IMG/VR virus record: IMGVR_UViG_3300009703_000001
Reading direction: 5' to 3' (one strand)
Length of the DNA stretch: 60,903 nucleotides
Source: a virus
Positions 19,128 to 29,101 of this stretch are shown here, piece by piece. Under the pieces are notes generated by a model. That model did no database searches. It was not told the DNA's origin and was given only the letters and a program-made list of their open reading frames with translations. Each line of letters starts with the position of its first letter. Within the stretch, counting starts at the first letter, position 1. Position numbers and translations under genes: made by a program.

Positions 19128-21791
19128 ATGGGTGAAATTGTAGTACAAGGAGAAACATTTAAAATTAAAGGGGATGAGCCTACTCCTAGAGAAAGTTTAG
19201 CAATTGATTCTGTTATTGCAAGTAAAAAGAAAAAGGATGGGGCATTAACTTTTGATGAAGAATTAAGTTTAATGATAACTCCTGATGAAGTGTTAAGTGA
19301 TGCAGCAAAAGGAAAATATAATCAAGATACAGAAAATTTTTTAAGTAGTCCTACTTTTATGAGAATAGTTACCGAAGTAGGTTTATCAATTGCTGGAGGT
19401 GTGGCAGGAGCTGTAGCTGCCCCTTTTTCTGGTGGATCCTCATTAGCTTTAACTGCTATTTCTGCAGCAAGAATAGCAAGACTTGCTAGACCTCTTTTAA
19501 ATATATCAGCTTCAAAAGTAGGTTTAATTGGAAGAGCAACATTAGGGGGAGCAGTTGGAGGAGGTATTGGTGCGGGAGTAGCTCAAACATTTGATCCAAG
19601 AGAAAGTATTGTACGAGAAGTTGCGAGAGGAGCATTACAAGGGGGTGCAGGAGAAGTTCTTGGTTTTGGTTTAGCAGGTGCGTTATCTAAAGGATATAAT
19701 AAAGTTACAGGTCATACTATTAGACAAATCGATGGAGCTCGAGAAGCTACTGCTACTTTAGCCCGAGATACAGAATTTATGAAAGTATTAAAAGAAATTA
19801 AGCAAGGAAAAAAAATTTCTCCCGAAAGAATTGAAAAATTAAAAGCGGGTGAAACACTAAAAGGTGTAAAAGTCAGAGACGGTTTAACTACTGAACAAAT
19901 AGAGATAATAACAACACCAGAGTTAGCTAGCCAAGCAATTACTAAAGCTGGAGACTTACTAGAAGGAACAAGCAGTCTTCTAGGAAAAACAGGAATAAGA
20001 GCAGAAAAAGCAAATATTACGCCTGGTAAATTAACAGAAAATAGTGCTATTGAAACCTTATCAGGTATAGCTACAGCTTCTATTTTAGGAGGAGGTTTAG
20101 TTAGAGCTTCAGAAGGGATGGCACGAAGAACAACTATGCAAGGAATTGATAGTTTTGTTGATGCTGTACTTTATAAATTACCTAAAGCTGCAGGATATGA
20201 TGAAGGAGGAGTTGCTATTGGTCAACTTTTAAATGACCAAATTACTAAAAGTCATGCTTTATATAACACTACAAAAAATCAATTATGGGATGAAGTTACT
20301 GAAGCAGTGAATAAATTAAAAAGACCTGATGGTACATTTGATCCTAAATATGATGTGGTATGGAATGGTCCTGGAGCACCCCTACAATTAGATGTTCTAG
20401 TCACACCTGCAGGTAAAGCTAGTTATCCTAAAACTGTAAGTAATTTAAATGATTATATTAATGAAGCATTAAAAGTAAACAGAAATGTTGATGATGAAAC
20501 TATTAAAGGTATGTTAGGAATGCTAATGAGAGCACAAGGAAGAACAGACTATAATGATTTTAAAAACATTTACACTGCCATAGCAGAAACAAAAGTGGTA
20601 GGTCGACAAGCAGAAGTTCAAGCAAACCTTTTACAAAGAATGCAATCCATGTTAAATAATTCTCCTCTTCCAGGTAATATAGGCGTACTTAGACAAAGTG
20701 CTGCTAAATTTACTACTATGGGAGGATCAGCATTTAACAACGCTGTTATAAAAAAAATTTTAAATACAGAAAGAGGACATGAAGCATTATACAAACAAAT
20801 TATAGCTTCAGGTAAAGAAAGTTATTATGATGATTTTGCAAGAGCTCTTGATGAAGGAAAAGTTAGTTATAAACTTTCGGATGGTACAACCAAATCATAT
20901 GATCTATTTCCAAATAAAGAACTTATAGTAGGGGGTCTTAGAGGACAATTTTTTAAAGACTACTTAAAACATTCTGTTGAAGCGGGTGGTCAATATCCAA
21001 AATTAAATGCTTCAAGAGCTCAAAAATTTTTAGACAATCATGACTTTTTATTAAGTAAAGAGGGATTCTTAACAAAGAGTCAAATAAAAAATATTAAAGA
21101 CTATACTAATAGAATAAAATTTGTTGAAGGTACACTAAAACCTACAGGAGCTGCAGGTTCTAATCCAGCAATGTTTATTCAATTAAACCAAGCTGGAGCT
21201 ATATCACAAGGAATTGGAGTGTTCGCAGGAGGTACAGGGCTTATAGATCCTGGTACTGCAATTTTCTTTGTGGCTGCTCCTTTGGGACTATCTAGAATTT
21301 TTTCTAATCCTAAACTAAGCCGTTTAATGATGGATGGATTAGGTGGGGGAAACAAAACTATAGATAGTTATTCCAAATTAACTAGATATATGGGGCAATT
21401 AACTACAGGATTAATTGGAGCAGGAGTAGTAAGTGCACAAGAAGGAGAAGAAACTATGAAACAACTTCAAGGCAACAAAGCTTACTATGATAAATTTTTT
21501 GAAACAGGAAAATATGAAGGTTCTATTGTAAGACAATCTAATCCAGCAGAAGCTCCAGCAATACCGGTAGAAGGTGTAGAAAGTGGAGGCGGAGGTGGAG
21601 GAGAAGTTATTGATGAAACTGCCGTCTTTTCGGAACAGTTACCTAATGTATCTCCTTCTAATTTATCTATGACTGGCCAAAATCCACAAACTAGAGCAGC
21701 CCTAGCCTCTGGTAATTTATATGGAGCTATTGCATCTCAACCTCAACAATTTAAAACAGGTGGGATTATCAGTGCCAAAAAAAATTTCTAG
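19128..21791 (+). CDS. large internal virion/ejection-type protein (887 aa)
   Basis: Largest ORF; several Gly/Ala-rich hydrophobic segments; no polymerase motifs; ends in an A8 tract. Confidence 0.55.
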   Translation: MGEIVVQGETFKIKGDEPTPRESLAIDSVIASKKKKDGALTFDEELSLMITPDEVLSDAAKGKYNQDTENFLSSPTFMRIVTEVGLSIAGGVAGAVAAPFSGGSSLALTAISAARIARLARPLLNISASKVGLIGRATLGGAVGGGIGAGVAQTFDPRESIVREVARGALQGGAGEVLGFGLAGALSKGYNKVTGHTIRQIDGAREATATLARDTEFMKVLKEIKQGKKISPERIEKLKAGETLKGVKVRDGLTTEQIEIITTPELASQAITKAGDLLEGTSSLLGKTGIRAEKANITPGKLTENSAIETLSGIATASILGGGLVRASEGMARRTTMQGIDSFVDAVLYKLPKAAGYDEGGVAIGQLLNDQITKSHALYNTTKNQLWDEVTEAVNKLKRPDGTFDPKYDVVWNGPGAPLQLDVLVTPAGKASYPKTVSNLNDYINEALKVNRNVDDETIKGMLGMLMRAQGRTDYNDFKNIYTAIAETKVVGRQAEVQANLLQRMQSMLNNSPLPGNIGVLRQSAAKFTTMGGSAFNNAVIKKILNTERGHEALYKQIIASGKESYYDDFARALDEGKVSYKLSDGTTKSYDLFPNKELIVGGLRGQFFKDYLKHSVEAGGQYPKLNASRAQKFLDNHDFLLSKEGFLTKSQIKNIKDYTNRIKFVEGTLKPTGAAGSNPAMFIQLNQAGAISQGIGVFAGGTGLIDPGTAIFFVAAPLGLSRIFSNPKLSRLMMDGLGGGNKTIDSYSKLTRYMGQLTTGLIGAGVVSAQEGEETMKQLQGNKAYYDKFFETGKYEGSIVRQSNPAEAPAIPVEGVESGGGGGGEVIDETAVFSEQLPNVSPSNLSMTGQNPQTRAALASGNLYGAIASQPQQFKTGGIISAKKNF

Positions 21792-21987
21792 CAAAGATTC
21801 ATTAGCTCATCAAAGAATAGATGATCATGAAAAATTGTGTCAAATAATGCAAAGAGAAACAAATCGTAAAATAAATGAATTACATACAGATATTCATCGA
21901 ATAGAAAAAATAATGATCTCTTCTTCTGCATTTTTAATAACATCTATGTTGGGATTAATTGTTGCTCTTTTATTGAAAGTATTCTAA
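21721..21987 (+). CDS. +1-frame ORF with C-terminal transmembrane segment (independent gene or frameshift extension)
   Basis: Overlaps the upstream gene by 71 nt; ...SSSAFLITSMLGLIVALLLKVF; start uncertain. Confidence 0.35.
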   Translation: MELLHLNLNNLKQVGLSVPKKISSKDSLAHQRIDDHEKLCQIMQRETNRKINELHTDIHRIEKIMISSSAFLITSMLGLIVALLLKVF

Positions 21988-21995
21988 AAGACCAT

Positions 21996-22736
21996 GTGCG
22001 TCTTATTAAAGAAAATAATAAATTTTTAATTACTGATCTTAAACGGGAAAATAAATATAAGTATAGCAAATATACTAGAGACACCGATCTCGGCTCACGA
22101 CACTATAATGTGGGTGATAAAAAAATTCCTTCCGTTACTACTATATTATCAGCTACTCAATCTAAAAATAAACAAGATTCATTAGATCGATGGAGAGAAA
22201 GAGTAGGTTATCAAGAGGCACAAAGAATAACTACTCAGGCAGCAACACGAGGAACGGAAATGCATTATGTATTAGAAAATTATATAGATGGTAAAGGATA
22301 TTTAAATCTATCTGAAGATGGGGCATTAGCACGAATGATGGCTCATGAAATAGTTAACAATTTAGAAAAATTAAAAATAGTTTATGGGAATGAAGTTAAT
22401 TTAGCTTATAAAGATTTATGGGCAGGTTCTACTGATGTGGTGGGGCTATATGATGAACAACCTACTATAATAGACTTTAAACAATCTAATAAATTAAAAA
22501 GAGAAGATTATGTTGAAGATTACTATTATCAGATCTGTGCATATTCCTTAGCACATAAAGAACAATATGGTCCTATAACACAAGGACTTATATGTATCTG
22601 TACTAAAGATAAAGTTTATCAAGAATTTAAAATGAATGAAGATAAATTAAAAGAGTATGAAGATAAATGGCTAGAGAGGGTAGATAAATATTATAAAACT
22701 AAAGCCACTTCTGAGCCTCTTCCCCAAGAGTCTTAG
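21996..22736 (+). CDS. PD-(D/E)XK (RecB/Cas4-like) exonuclease
   Basis: SVTTIL, GTEMH, GSTDVVG...IIDFKQS (D...D/E-x-K), YYYQICAY; GTG start. Confidence 0.7.
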   Translation: MRLIKENNKFLITDLKRENKYKYSKYTRDTDLGSRHYNVGDKKIPSVTTILSATQSKNKQDSLDRWRERVGYQEAQRITTQAATRGTEMHYVLENYIDGKGYLNLSEDGALARMMAHEIVNNLEKLKIVYGNEVNLAYKDLWAGSTDVVGLYDEQPTIIDFKQSNKLKREDYVEDYYYQICAYSLAHKEQYGPITQGLICICTKDKVYQEFKMNEDKLKEYEDKWLERVDKYYKTKATSEPLPQES

Positions 22737-24105
22737 CAGATATTTCTATTTTACCTTCTAAAGAGTTTAATATCATTTCATCAATACTTTTATTTGCAAT
22801 TAAATCGACATATGTGACTTGAGCAGTTTGACCATATCTATGAGCACGATCTTCGCTTTGCTGGCGGACTTCAAGATTGTAATTATTACTATAATATATA
22901 ACATACCTAGCAGCAGTAAGGGTAAGACCGTAACCACCAACAGTAGGATTACCAACGAGGAAACGGCATCTAGCATTATGTTGAAAACTTTCAACAGCAT
23001 CATTACGTACTTTAATTGAATCTTCACCGTATATCGAAACCACTGTATCTTTTCCATAGGTCTCCTCTAATTTCTGTTTAATCATTTTTATATTAAAAAT
23101 ATAGTTTGCCCATATGATACACTTATCTTCAGTCTCCTCCAATATATTGAGTAATTCATTTAATTTAGGGTTGCTTTTAAAAGAGGTAATTGTTCCTTCA
23201 TCTGTTTTATAAAAACCACAAGTAATTTGATGAAGTTTTAAAACTTCAGTAAGTTTATTAGTATATGAAATAGTCTCATCTTGAACTATTGCTAGAGCTC
23301 TGCGTTTTAAATCATTATATACTTTCCTTTGTTCCTCGGTTAAATCTATATATCTTTGAACATATGTTTTTGGTGGTAAATCTAAACAATCTTTTTTTCT
23401 TACTCTATAACTAAAATTTTTTAATTTATGTTCTAATTCCTCTAAATTCGTATAATATTTTGGAAACATAATTTGACGACCATTCATTTCCATACTATGC
23501 ATAACAGCATAGCGAGATCTATAAGGATAGAAACTTTCATATCCTAATAATTTCCAATCTAAAAAATAACATTGAGTGAATAAATCTAAAGGGGATTTGG
23601 TAACAGGAGACCCCGTTAATATTCTTTTAAATCTAACTAACTTTCCTAATTTAATAATACATTTAGTTCTTCTAGCAGTTCTGTTTTTAATAGTAGTACT
23701 TTCATCTACTACCATTAATGATCTTAATCCAACTACACTTAATAATTTTTCCAACCATTTTTGACCCGACTTGTGAGATAAAGCTTCAACATTCATTAAA
23801 ATAAAAGTTAGTTTAGAATCATTCAAATCTAGAGTCTTTTCTGAGTCTACTTTCCATATCCATATATTGTGGGTTTCTGGGCAATGCATACTAATTTCTT
23901 TGGCCCAATTTTGATAGACAGAATTAGGAGCAATTACAAAACAATAATTTATATACTGTTGTTGAAATAAAAAACAAGCATTATCAATGGCTACTTTAGT
24001 CTTACCAGTTCCCATTTCCATAAAATAAGCGAAATTTTTTTCTTTGGCTCCTTGAATTAAAGCGTGTCTTTGATGTTTAAAAGGGGAAGTTTTATAATTA
24101 TACAT
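22699..24105 (-). CDS. SNF2-family helicase
   Basis: MGTGKT (Walker A), VVDEST (DExx), QSEDRAHRYGQT (motif VI). Confidence 0.85.
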   Translation of the reverse strand: MYNYKTSPFKHQRHALIQGAKEKNFAYFMEMGTGKTKVAIDNACFLFQQQYINYCFVIAPNSVYQNWAKEISMHCPETHNIWIWKVDSEKTLDLNDSKLTFILMNVEALSHKSGQKWLEKLLSVVGLRSLMVVDESTTIKNRTARRTKCIIKLGKLVRFKRILTGSPVTKSPLDLFTQCYFLDWKLLGYESFYPYRSRYAVMHSMEMNGRQIMFPKYYTNLEELEHKLKNFSYRVRKKDCLDLPPKTYVQRYIDLTEEQRKVYNDLKRRALAIVQDETISYTNKLTEVLKLHQITCGFYKTDEGTITSFKSNPKLNELLNILEETEDKCIIWANYIFNIKMIKQKLEETYGKDTVVSIYGEDSIKVRNDAVESFQHNARCRFLVGNPTVGGYGLTLTAARYVIYYSNNYNLEVRQQSEDRAHRYGQTAQVTYVDLIANKSIDEMILNSLEGKIEISAKTLGEEAQKWL

Positions 24106-24175
24106 TTTCTTTTTTATAAATTATTTGTTTGCTTTTTACAAATATATAATATATTGATTCGCTAAGGAGGTTCTT

Positions 24176-24721
24176 ATGGACTTAGAAGCAGAATCTATCG
24201 TATCGGTAGATACTGGCATGTCTAGAGACATTGCCGAATCTTGCAATAAGTTATTGGAAACTCAGAAGAAAATATCAACGGTTGAAGAACAACTAAAAAA
24301 GTTAAAAGATGTTGAAAACACTCTTTCTGAGCAAACAATTCCAAACTTAATGCAACAAGCTGGTATATCAATGCTTAAATTAGCAGATGGTTCATCTGTT
24401 GAAATTAGGCCTTTTTATTCAGCGCGAATACCAGCATCTAAAGCTGATGAAGCTTTTTCATGGTTGCGTGAAAATGGTCATGGTGATTTGATAAAAAATC
24501 AAGTTACTTTGGAATTTGGAATGCAGCAAGATAATGAAGCTAAATCAATTATAGAAGAGCTGAAACAAAAAGGTTTACCTGTACAACAGAAGACAACAGT
24601 ACATCCAAGTACTTTAAGAGGATTTGTTAGAGAACAAATTCAAGAACTTGGAAGGAATGTTCCTGCTGAATTGTTCGGAACCTATGTTGCAAATAAAACA
24701 AAAATAACCACGAAGGAGTAA
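24176..24721 (+). CDS. hypothetical protein of the replication/recombination module
   Basis: SD AAGGAGG; coiled-coil N-terminus. Confidence 0.6.
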   Translation: MDLEAESIVSVDTGMSRDIAESCNKLLETQKKISTVEEQLKKLKDVENTLSEQTIPNLMQQAGISMLKLADGSSVEIRPFYSARIPASKADEAFSWLRENGHGDLIKNQVTLEFGMQQDNEAKSIIEELKQKGLPVQQKTTVHPSTLRGFVREQIQELGRNVPAELFGTYVANKTKITTKE

Positions 24722-24724
24722 ACA

Positions 24725-25549
24725 ATGGCAAACGGCAACAACGCAAAACCTCAAGCTAAAGAGGTAATAAAAAAAGCGAGTAACCTTCCATCTAATTTTA
24801 ATTTAGAAGAGATGGCGGGTCAAGGTCAAGAGTATGTGACAGCTCGGGATCAAAAACTACCAATCCTAAAAATACTATATGCTAACTCCCCTGTACTTGA
24901 TGAAAGTGATGGGAAATATGTCGAGACTGCAAAGCAAGGAGATATATGGAGTGAAACATCTGGCACAGTATGGAAAGGTAAAAAAGGAGTAATCGTAGTA
25001 CCTTGTCTTTATATAAATACATTTAATGAATGGAAAGACAAAGGAGATAGCCCAGGAAGACCTGTGGCAATTCATACTGATCCTTCAGTAATGTCTGATA
25101 CCTCTAGAGGTGCAGATAATAAAGACCGTTTAGAAAACGGTAATTATATTGAGGATACAGGTAATCATTTTGTTTATATTTTGGATGAAGATTATAATCC
25201 AATTGAGCAAGCTTTGATTACAATGAAGTCTACGCAAAAAAAGAAATCTAAAACTTGGAACTCCATGATAATGTCTAGGAGATCTCAAGGTAAATCAGGT
25301 TTCTTTAATCCACCATCATGGTCTACTTCTTATAGATTAACCACTACCAAAGAGTCTAATTCTCAAAACTCGTGGTATGGTTGGGTTGTAGAATTTGATA
25401 AATTTTTAAATTCTACTTCGAATTTAAAAGTACTTGAAACCACTCAAGGCTTTTATCAAAGTGCTATGAAGAGTGATATTTTTGGGAAAGTAGATTTCTC
25501 ACAAGATAGTATTGCTCAAGCTAACAAAAAGGAAACCGTACCCTTTTAA
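24725..25549 (+). CDS. conserved phage protein of the replication/recombination module
   Basis: 274-aa ORF; KLPILKILYANSP... pattern; function not assignable by eye. Confidence 0.6.
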   Translation: MANGNNAKPQAKEVIKKASNLPSNFNLEEMAGQGQEYVTARDQKLPILKILYANSPVLDESDGKYVETAKQGDIWSETSGTVWKGKKGVIVVPCLYINTFNEWKDKGDSPGRPVAIHTDPSVMSDTSRGADNKDRLENGNYIEDTGNHFVYILDEDYNPIEQALITMKSTQKKKSKTWNSMIMSRRSQGKSGFFNPPSWSTSYRLTTTKESNSQNSWYGWVVEFDKFLNSTSNLKVLETTQGFYQSAMKSDIFGKVDFSQDSIAQANKKETVPF

Positions 25550-27111
25550 TGGAGCAGAAACTCTTAAATTTATTTGAGGGTAATTCTGAACTGTTCATCA
25601 CTACTTCCCTCACGGGGGAAGTAGATGAACGGGGCAAGAGAGTTGCCAAAACTATCACGGTTCACGAACCTGTTACACTAGAGCTATGGAAAAAACATTT
25701 AGCAGGTCAAACTAGAATTGGTATCAAACCTGAAAATGGAGCTGTTGCTAAATGGGGGTGTATTGATATAGATCCTCAAAGTTATAAAGATTATTCAGAA
25801 AAAAAAGTTGTAGATATTATTAGAGATAATAAATTACCTTTAGTTCCTGCTAGATCAAAGTCAGGAGGTCTCCATTTATTTTTATTTTTAAAGGATTGGA
25901 CACCTATAAAAGATATTTTAAAAAAATTACATGAATGGAATAATAATTTCTTTCAAGCCTTAGAAGTATTTCCCATGAATAAATGTTTGAACATGCCATA
26001 TTTTAATATGGATCAAACTACCGAATTTGCATACAATGATAACAATACACCTGTATTAATAAATACATTTTTAGAAATAGCATTTAAAAAAACTGTTACC
26101 TTAGAACAGTTAAATAATATTCAAGTTAAAGAATATGAACCCGAAATAAATTGGAAAGATTATCCTCCTTGTGTTCAAAAAATGATTGCTGATAAATGGG
26201 CAGGGAATCATAGAAATGATTTATTATTTAATGTTGGCGTTTTAGAAATGAAAAAAGCCGATGGTAATTTAAGTAAAGAAGATATCTCTAGAATACTTCA
26301 AAAAAGAAATCAAGAAATTTTTGTTACTCCAATGGATCCAAGAGAAGTAGAAAATTCTGTAGTTAAATCTGTAAGTAAAAAAGATTACACTTACAAATGT
26401 CCTCCAAAATTAGGAGCTATTACTCCTATTTGTAATAAAGATTTATGTAAGCTAAGAAAACTAGGAATTGGTTCACAGGTCCCTGATTTAATAGATGAGT
26501 TTGAAGAAGTAGAATTTATTAGAAGTACCAAATCAATTGAATATACTTTTAAATTTCAAAATGAAAAAATTATTATTAATCCTGAAGATATGAAAGATGA
26601 AAAATCTTTTAGAGTAAAATTATTAAGATATGGTATTTATTGGATGACCTTACCTCGACCTAAAACAGGAGCTTCTCCATTTGAAATGCTTATGGCTACC
26701 TTAGTAAGAAAGGCAGTAGAAAATGAAAAAATGAAATTTGAAGATACATTGGGAGAAGAAAAATATAATTTTCTTAAGAAGTTTTTTGAAAGTCATATTG
26801 AAGAAGATGATTTTGAAAAACTACAGGACAATTATGTTATATTAGATTCTAAAACTAATACTTGTTATTTTAAAAAAATAACTTTTGAAAAATTTTTAGG
26901 TAATAACAAAACATTTAAAAGTGCTACAGAAGCTCTTAATCTCTTAAGCTGCCAAAGATTAGACTATCATGAAGGAGTTAAAAATGTATGGTCAGTAAAA
27001 ATGCCTACTTTTGTGGATCATAAAAAAATAAACAATACTACTAAACCAAATACTAAAACAGTATCGGAAATGGATGATGACTTCCACACAGGAAAATTCA
27101 GAACTGAATAA
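25549..27111 (+). CDS. primase-polymerase (archaeo-eukaryotic primase fold) replication protein
   Basis: WGCIDIDPQ (DxD) and RSKSGGLHLFLF (sGG-H) motifs. Confidence 0.65.
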   Translation: MEQKLLNLFEGNSELFITTSLTGEVDERGKRVAKTITVHEPVTLELWKKHLAGQTRIGIKPENGAVAKWGCIDIDPQSYKDYSEKKVVDIIRDNKLPLVPARSKSGGLHLFLFLKDWTPIKDILKKLHEWNNNFFQALEVFPMNKCLNMPYFNMDQTTEFAYNDNNTPVLINTFLEIAFKKTVTLEQLNNIQVKEYEPEINWKDYPPCVQKMIADKWAGNHRNDLLFNVGVLEMKKADGNLSKEDISRILQKRNQEIFVTPMDPREVENSVVKSVSKKDYTYKCPPKLGAITPICNKDLCKLRKLGIGSQVPDLIDEFEEVEFIRSTKSIEYTFKFQNEKIIINPEDMKDEKSFRVKLLRYGIYWMTLPRPKTGASPFEMLMATLVRKAVENEKMKFEDTLGEEKYNFLKKFFESHIEEDDFEKLQDNYVILDSKTNTCYFKKITFEKFLGNNKTFKSATEALNLLSCQRLDYHEGVKNVWSVKMPTFVDHKKINNTTKPNTKTVSEMDDDFHTGKFRTE

Positions 27112-28708
27112 ATTAAAAGAGCTTTACCACAAGACAATAAAAATATTTGGTCCGCCAGGTACAGGTAAAACTTATACTTTAATTGAAAAAGTATTAAAAA
27201 ATTATTTAAGAAAAGGAACTAAACCTCAAGATATTGCATATTTATCTTTTACCAATAAAGCTGTTAATACTGCAATAAAAAGAGCTATCGAATCTTTTCC
27301 TCATTATACTACAGAAGATTTTATGAGATTTAAAACTCTTCATACTTATTGTAGGAGATATTTTTCGGAAGATGTATTTGATCCTAAACATTGTGCAATA
27401 GACTTTGCGTTACAAACTAAAATAATTAAAACAAGTGATCAACGATTAACTGATGATAATTTTACTTATAAAGATTGGTCTTTAGCTATTTATAGTAAAG
27501 CTAGAAATTTACTTATTACTCCAGAAGAAGCTTATAAAAGAGAGAGTTATAAAAAAGATTCTCTTACTATTTTTAAAAGAAAAATTGCTACTTATGAACA
27601 TTATAAAAAACATGGGGGAGAAAAAGCTTTTATTGATTTTGATGATATGATTGAAAAAGCAATTACCTTAGATTTTCCTAAATTAAAAGTTTTAATTTTA
27701 GATGAAGCACAAGATTGTACTCCGTTACAATGGTCTGTTATTTATAAGATGGCTGATAAAGTTAATAGAATTTATTTAGCAGGAGATGATGATCAAGGAA
27801 TTTACAAATGGAATGGAGCAGACTCAAAATATTTCACTACATTTTTTCCAGGTCGTAAAGTTAAATTAAGAAGAACTCAAAGATTTGGAGAAGCTATTTA
27901 TAAATTTTCTCAAGTAATTAGAAGAGGGATAAGTGATAGTGAGGAAAAAGAATATCAACCTGGTAAGATGAAAGGATATGTTAAAAGTTATTTATCTTTT
28001 AGAGAAATTCCTTTTGAATCTTTAAAAGAAGATTGGTACATTTTAGGTCGAATTAATGAAACAGTAAATGAATTAAGAATGTTGGCTAAAGATGCGGGTC
28101 TTTATTATAAAGATAACAAGGACACAAAATGTTTCGATATAAAACAATGGGAAGCCATTAAGTCTTGGACGGCTCTTACTAAAAATAAAAAGATAGATAA
28201 AAAACAAAGTAAAAATATGTACAAATACATTAGGGAACTTAAAGATCCTAAATATAGAAGTGATAAATTTTGGAGCTCTGAACCTGATTTTAAAGAATAT
28301 GATTTTGAATCCTTAGTAGAATGGGCAGGATTAGATCTACCATTAAAAGACAAAAGTAAACCGTGGTATTGGATATTAAGAAGAAATTTTAAGCCTAAAC
28401 AAGTACGGCATTTTATACGATTACTAAGAAGATATGGCCAAAAAGAATTAGATAAAGATCCTTTAATTACAATAGATACTATTCATTCAGTTAAAGGTGG
28501 GGAAGCTAATCATGTAGTTCTGTATAGTAAAGGAAACTACCCTTCAGACTTTGAGAATAAAAATAAGAAAGAAAAAAGTGATGAAAAAAAAGTTTGGTAT
28601 ACAGGGGCTACTAGAGCTAAAAAAACTTTACATTTATTAAGATCTGACTATAAGTTTAATTATCCAATTGGATCTGATTATTTAATTTACATTCAGGAGA
28701 AAAAATGA
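27074..28708 (+). CDS. superfamily 1 (UvrD/RecD-like) DNA helicase
   Basis: FGPPGTGKT (Walker A), LILDEAQD (Walker B), TIHSVKGGEANHVVL. Confidence 0.8.
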   Translation: MMTSTQENSELNKLKELYHKTIKIFGPPGTGKTYTLIEKVLKNYLRKGTKPQDIAYLSFTNKAVNTAIKRAIESFPHYTTEDFMRFKTLHTYCRRYFSEDVFDPKHCAIDFALQTKIIKTSDQRLTDDNFTYKDWSLAIYSKARNLLITPEEAYKRESYKKDSLTIFKRKIATYEHYKKHGGEKAFIDFDDMIEKAITLDFPKLKVLILDEAQDCTPLQWSVIYKMADKVNRIYLAGDDDQGIYKWNGADSKYFTTFFPGRKVKLRRTQRFGEAIYKFSQVIRRGISDSEEKEYQPGKMKGYVKSYLSFREIPFESLKEDWYILGRINETVNELRMLAKDAGLYYKDNKDTKCFDIKQWEAIKSWTALTKNKKIDKKQSKNMYKYIRELKDPKYRSDKFWSSEPDFKEYDFESLVEWAGLDLPLKDKSKPWYWILRRNFKPKQVRHFIRLLRRYGQKELDKDPLITIDTIHSVKGGEANHVVLYSKGNYPSDFENKNKKEKSDEKKVWYTGATRAKKTLHLLRSDYKFNYPIGSDYLIYIQEKK

Positions 28709-28956
28709 CAGATAAAGATATGTTTGATAAAGCATTTCCTCAAGACAAACAAATTGGAGGAACTCATTATAAAAACTTTCGTATTCAGCCTTTTGAATTT
28801 ATTACCAAAAATAAATTATCTTTTTTTCAAGGATGTGTTGTGAAGTATGTTTGTCGCTATTTAAATAAAGACAAGATAAAAGATTTACAAAAAATAATTC
28901 ATTATTGTGAATTAGAAATTAAAGCTATAGAAGATGATAAAAAAAATAAAATGTAA
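28705..28956 (+). CDS. DUF3310-family protein
   Basis: GGTHYKNFRIQPFEFI...GCVVKYVCRY...DLQKIIHYCELEI. Confidence 0.7.
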   Translation: MTDKDMFDKAFPQDKQIGGTHYKNFRIQPFEFITKNKLSFFQGCVVKYVCRYLNKDKIKDLQKIIHYCELEIKAIEDDKKNKM

Positions 28957-29101
28957 TGAATGTGAAAAAAATGCAGTCATTCTTGAAAATAAAATTTATT
29001 ATTGTGGTGATTGTGCTGTCGAGCAATTTATTACTAAGTTGCACAAAAGATTACAGTCTAAGCCCGTGGACAGTAATAAGACACTTAGGAAAGGTAGTTG
29101 A
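28934..29101 (+). CDS. small zinc-ribbon protein (55 aa)
   Basis: Hand-translated MIKKIKCNECEKNAV...YYCGDCAVEQF (CxxC...CxxC); stop abuts the polA ATG. Confidence 0.45.
   Translation: MIKKIKCNECEKNAVILENKIYYCGDCAVEQFITKLHKRLQSKPVDSNKTLRKGS

Noticed and set aside
19128-21791. 887-aa ORF as T7-like RNA polymerase or tape-measure protein
   Set aside because: No polymerase motifs are visible. The Gly/Ala-rich hydrophobic segments, and its position after two similar proteins, fit an internal or ejection protein. No tail tube or sheath genes would accompany a tape measure.
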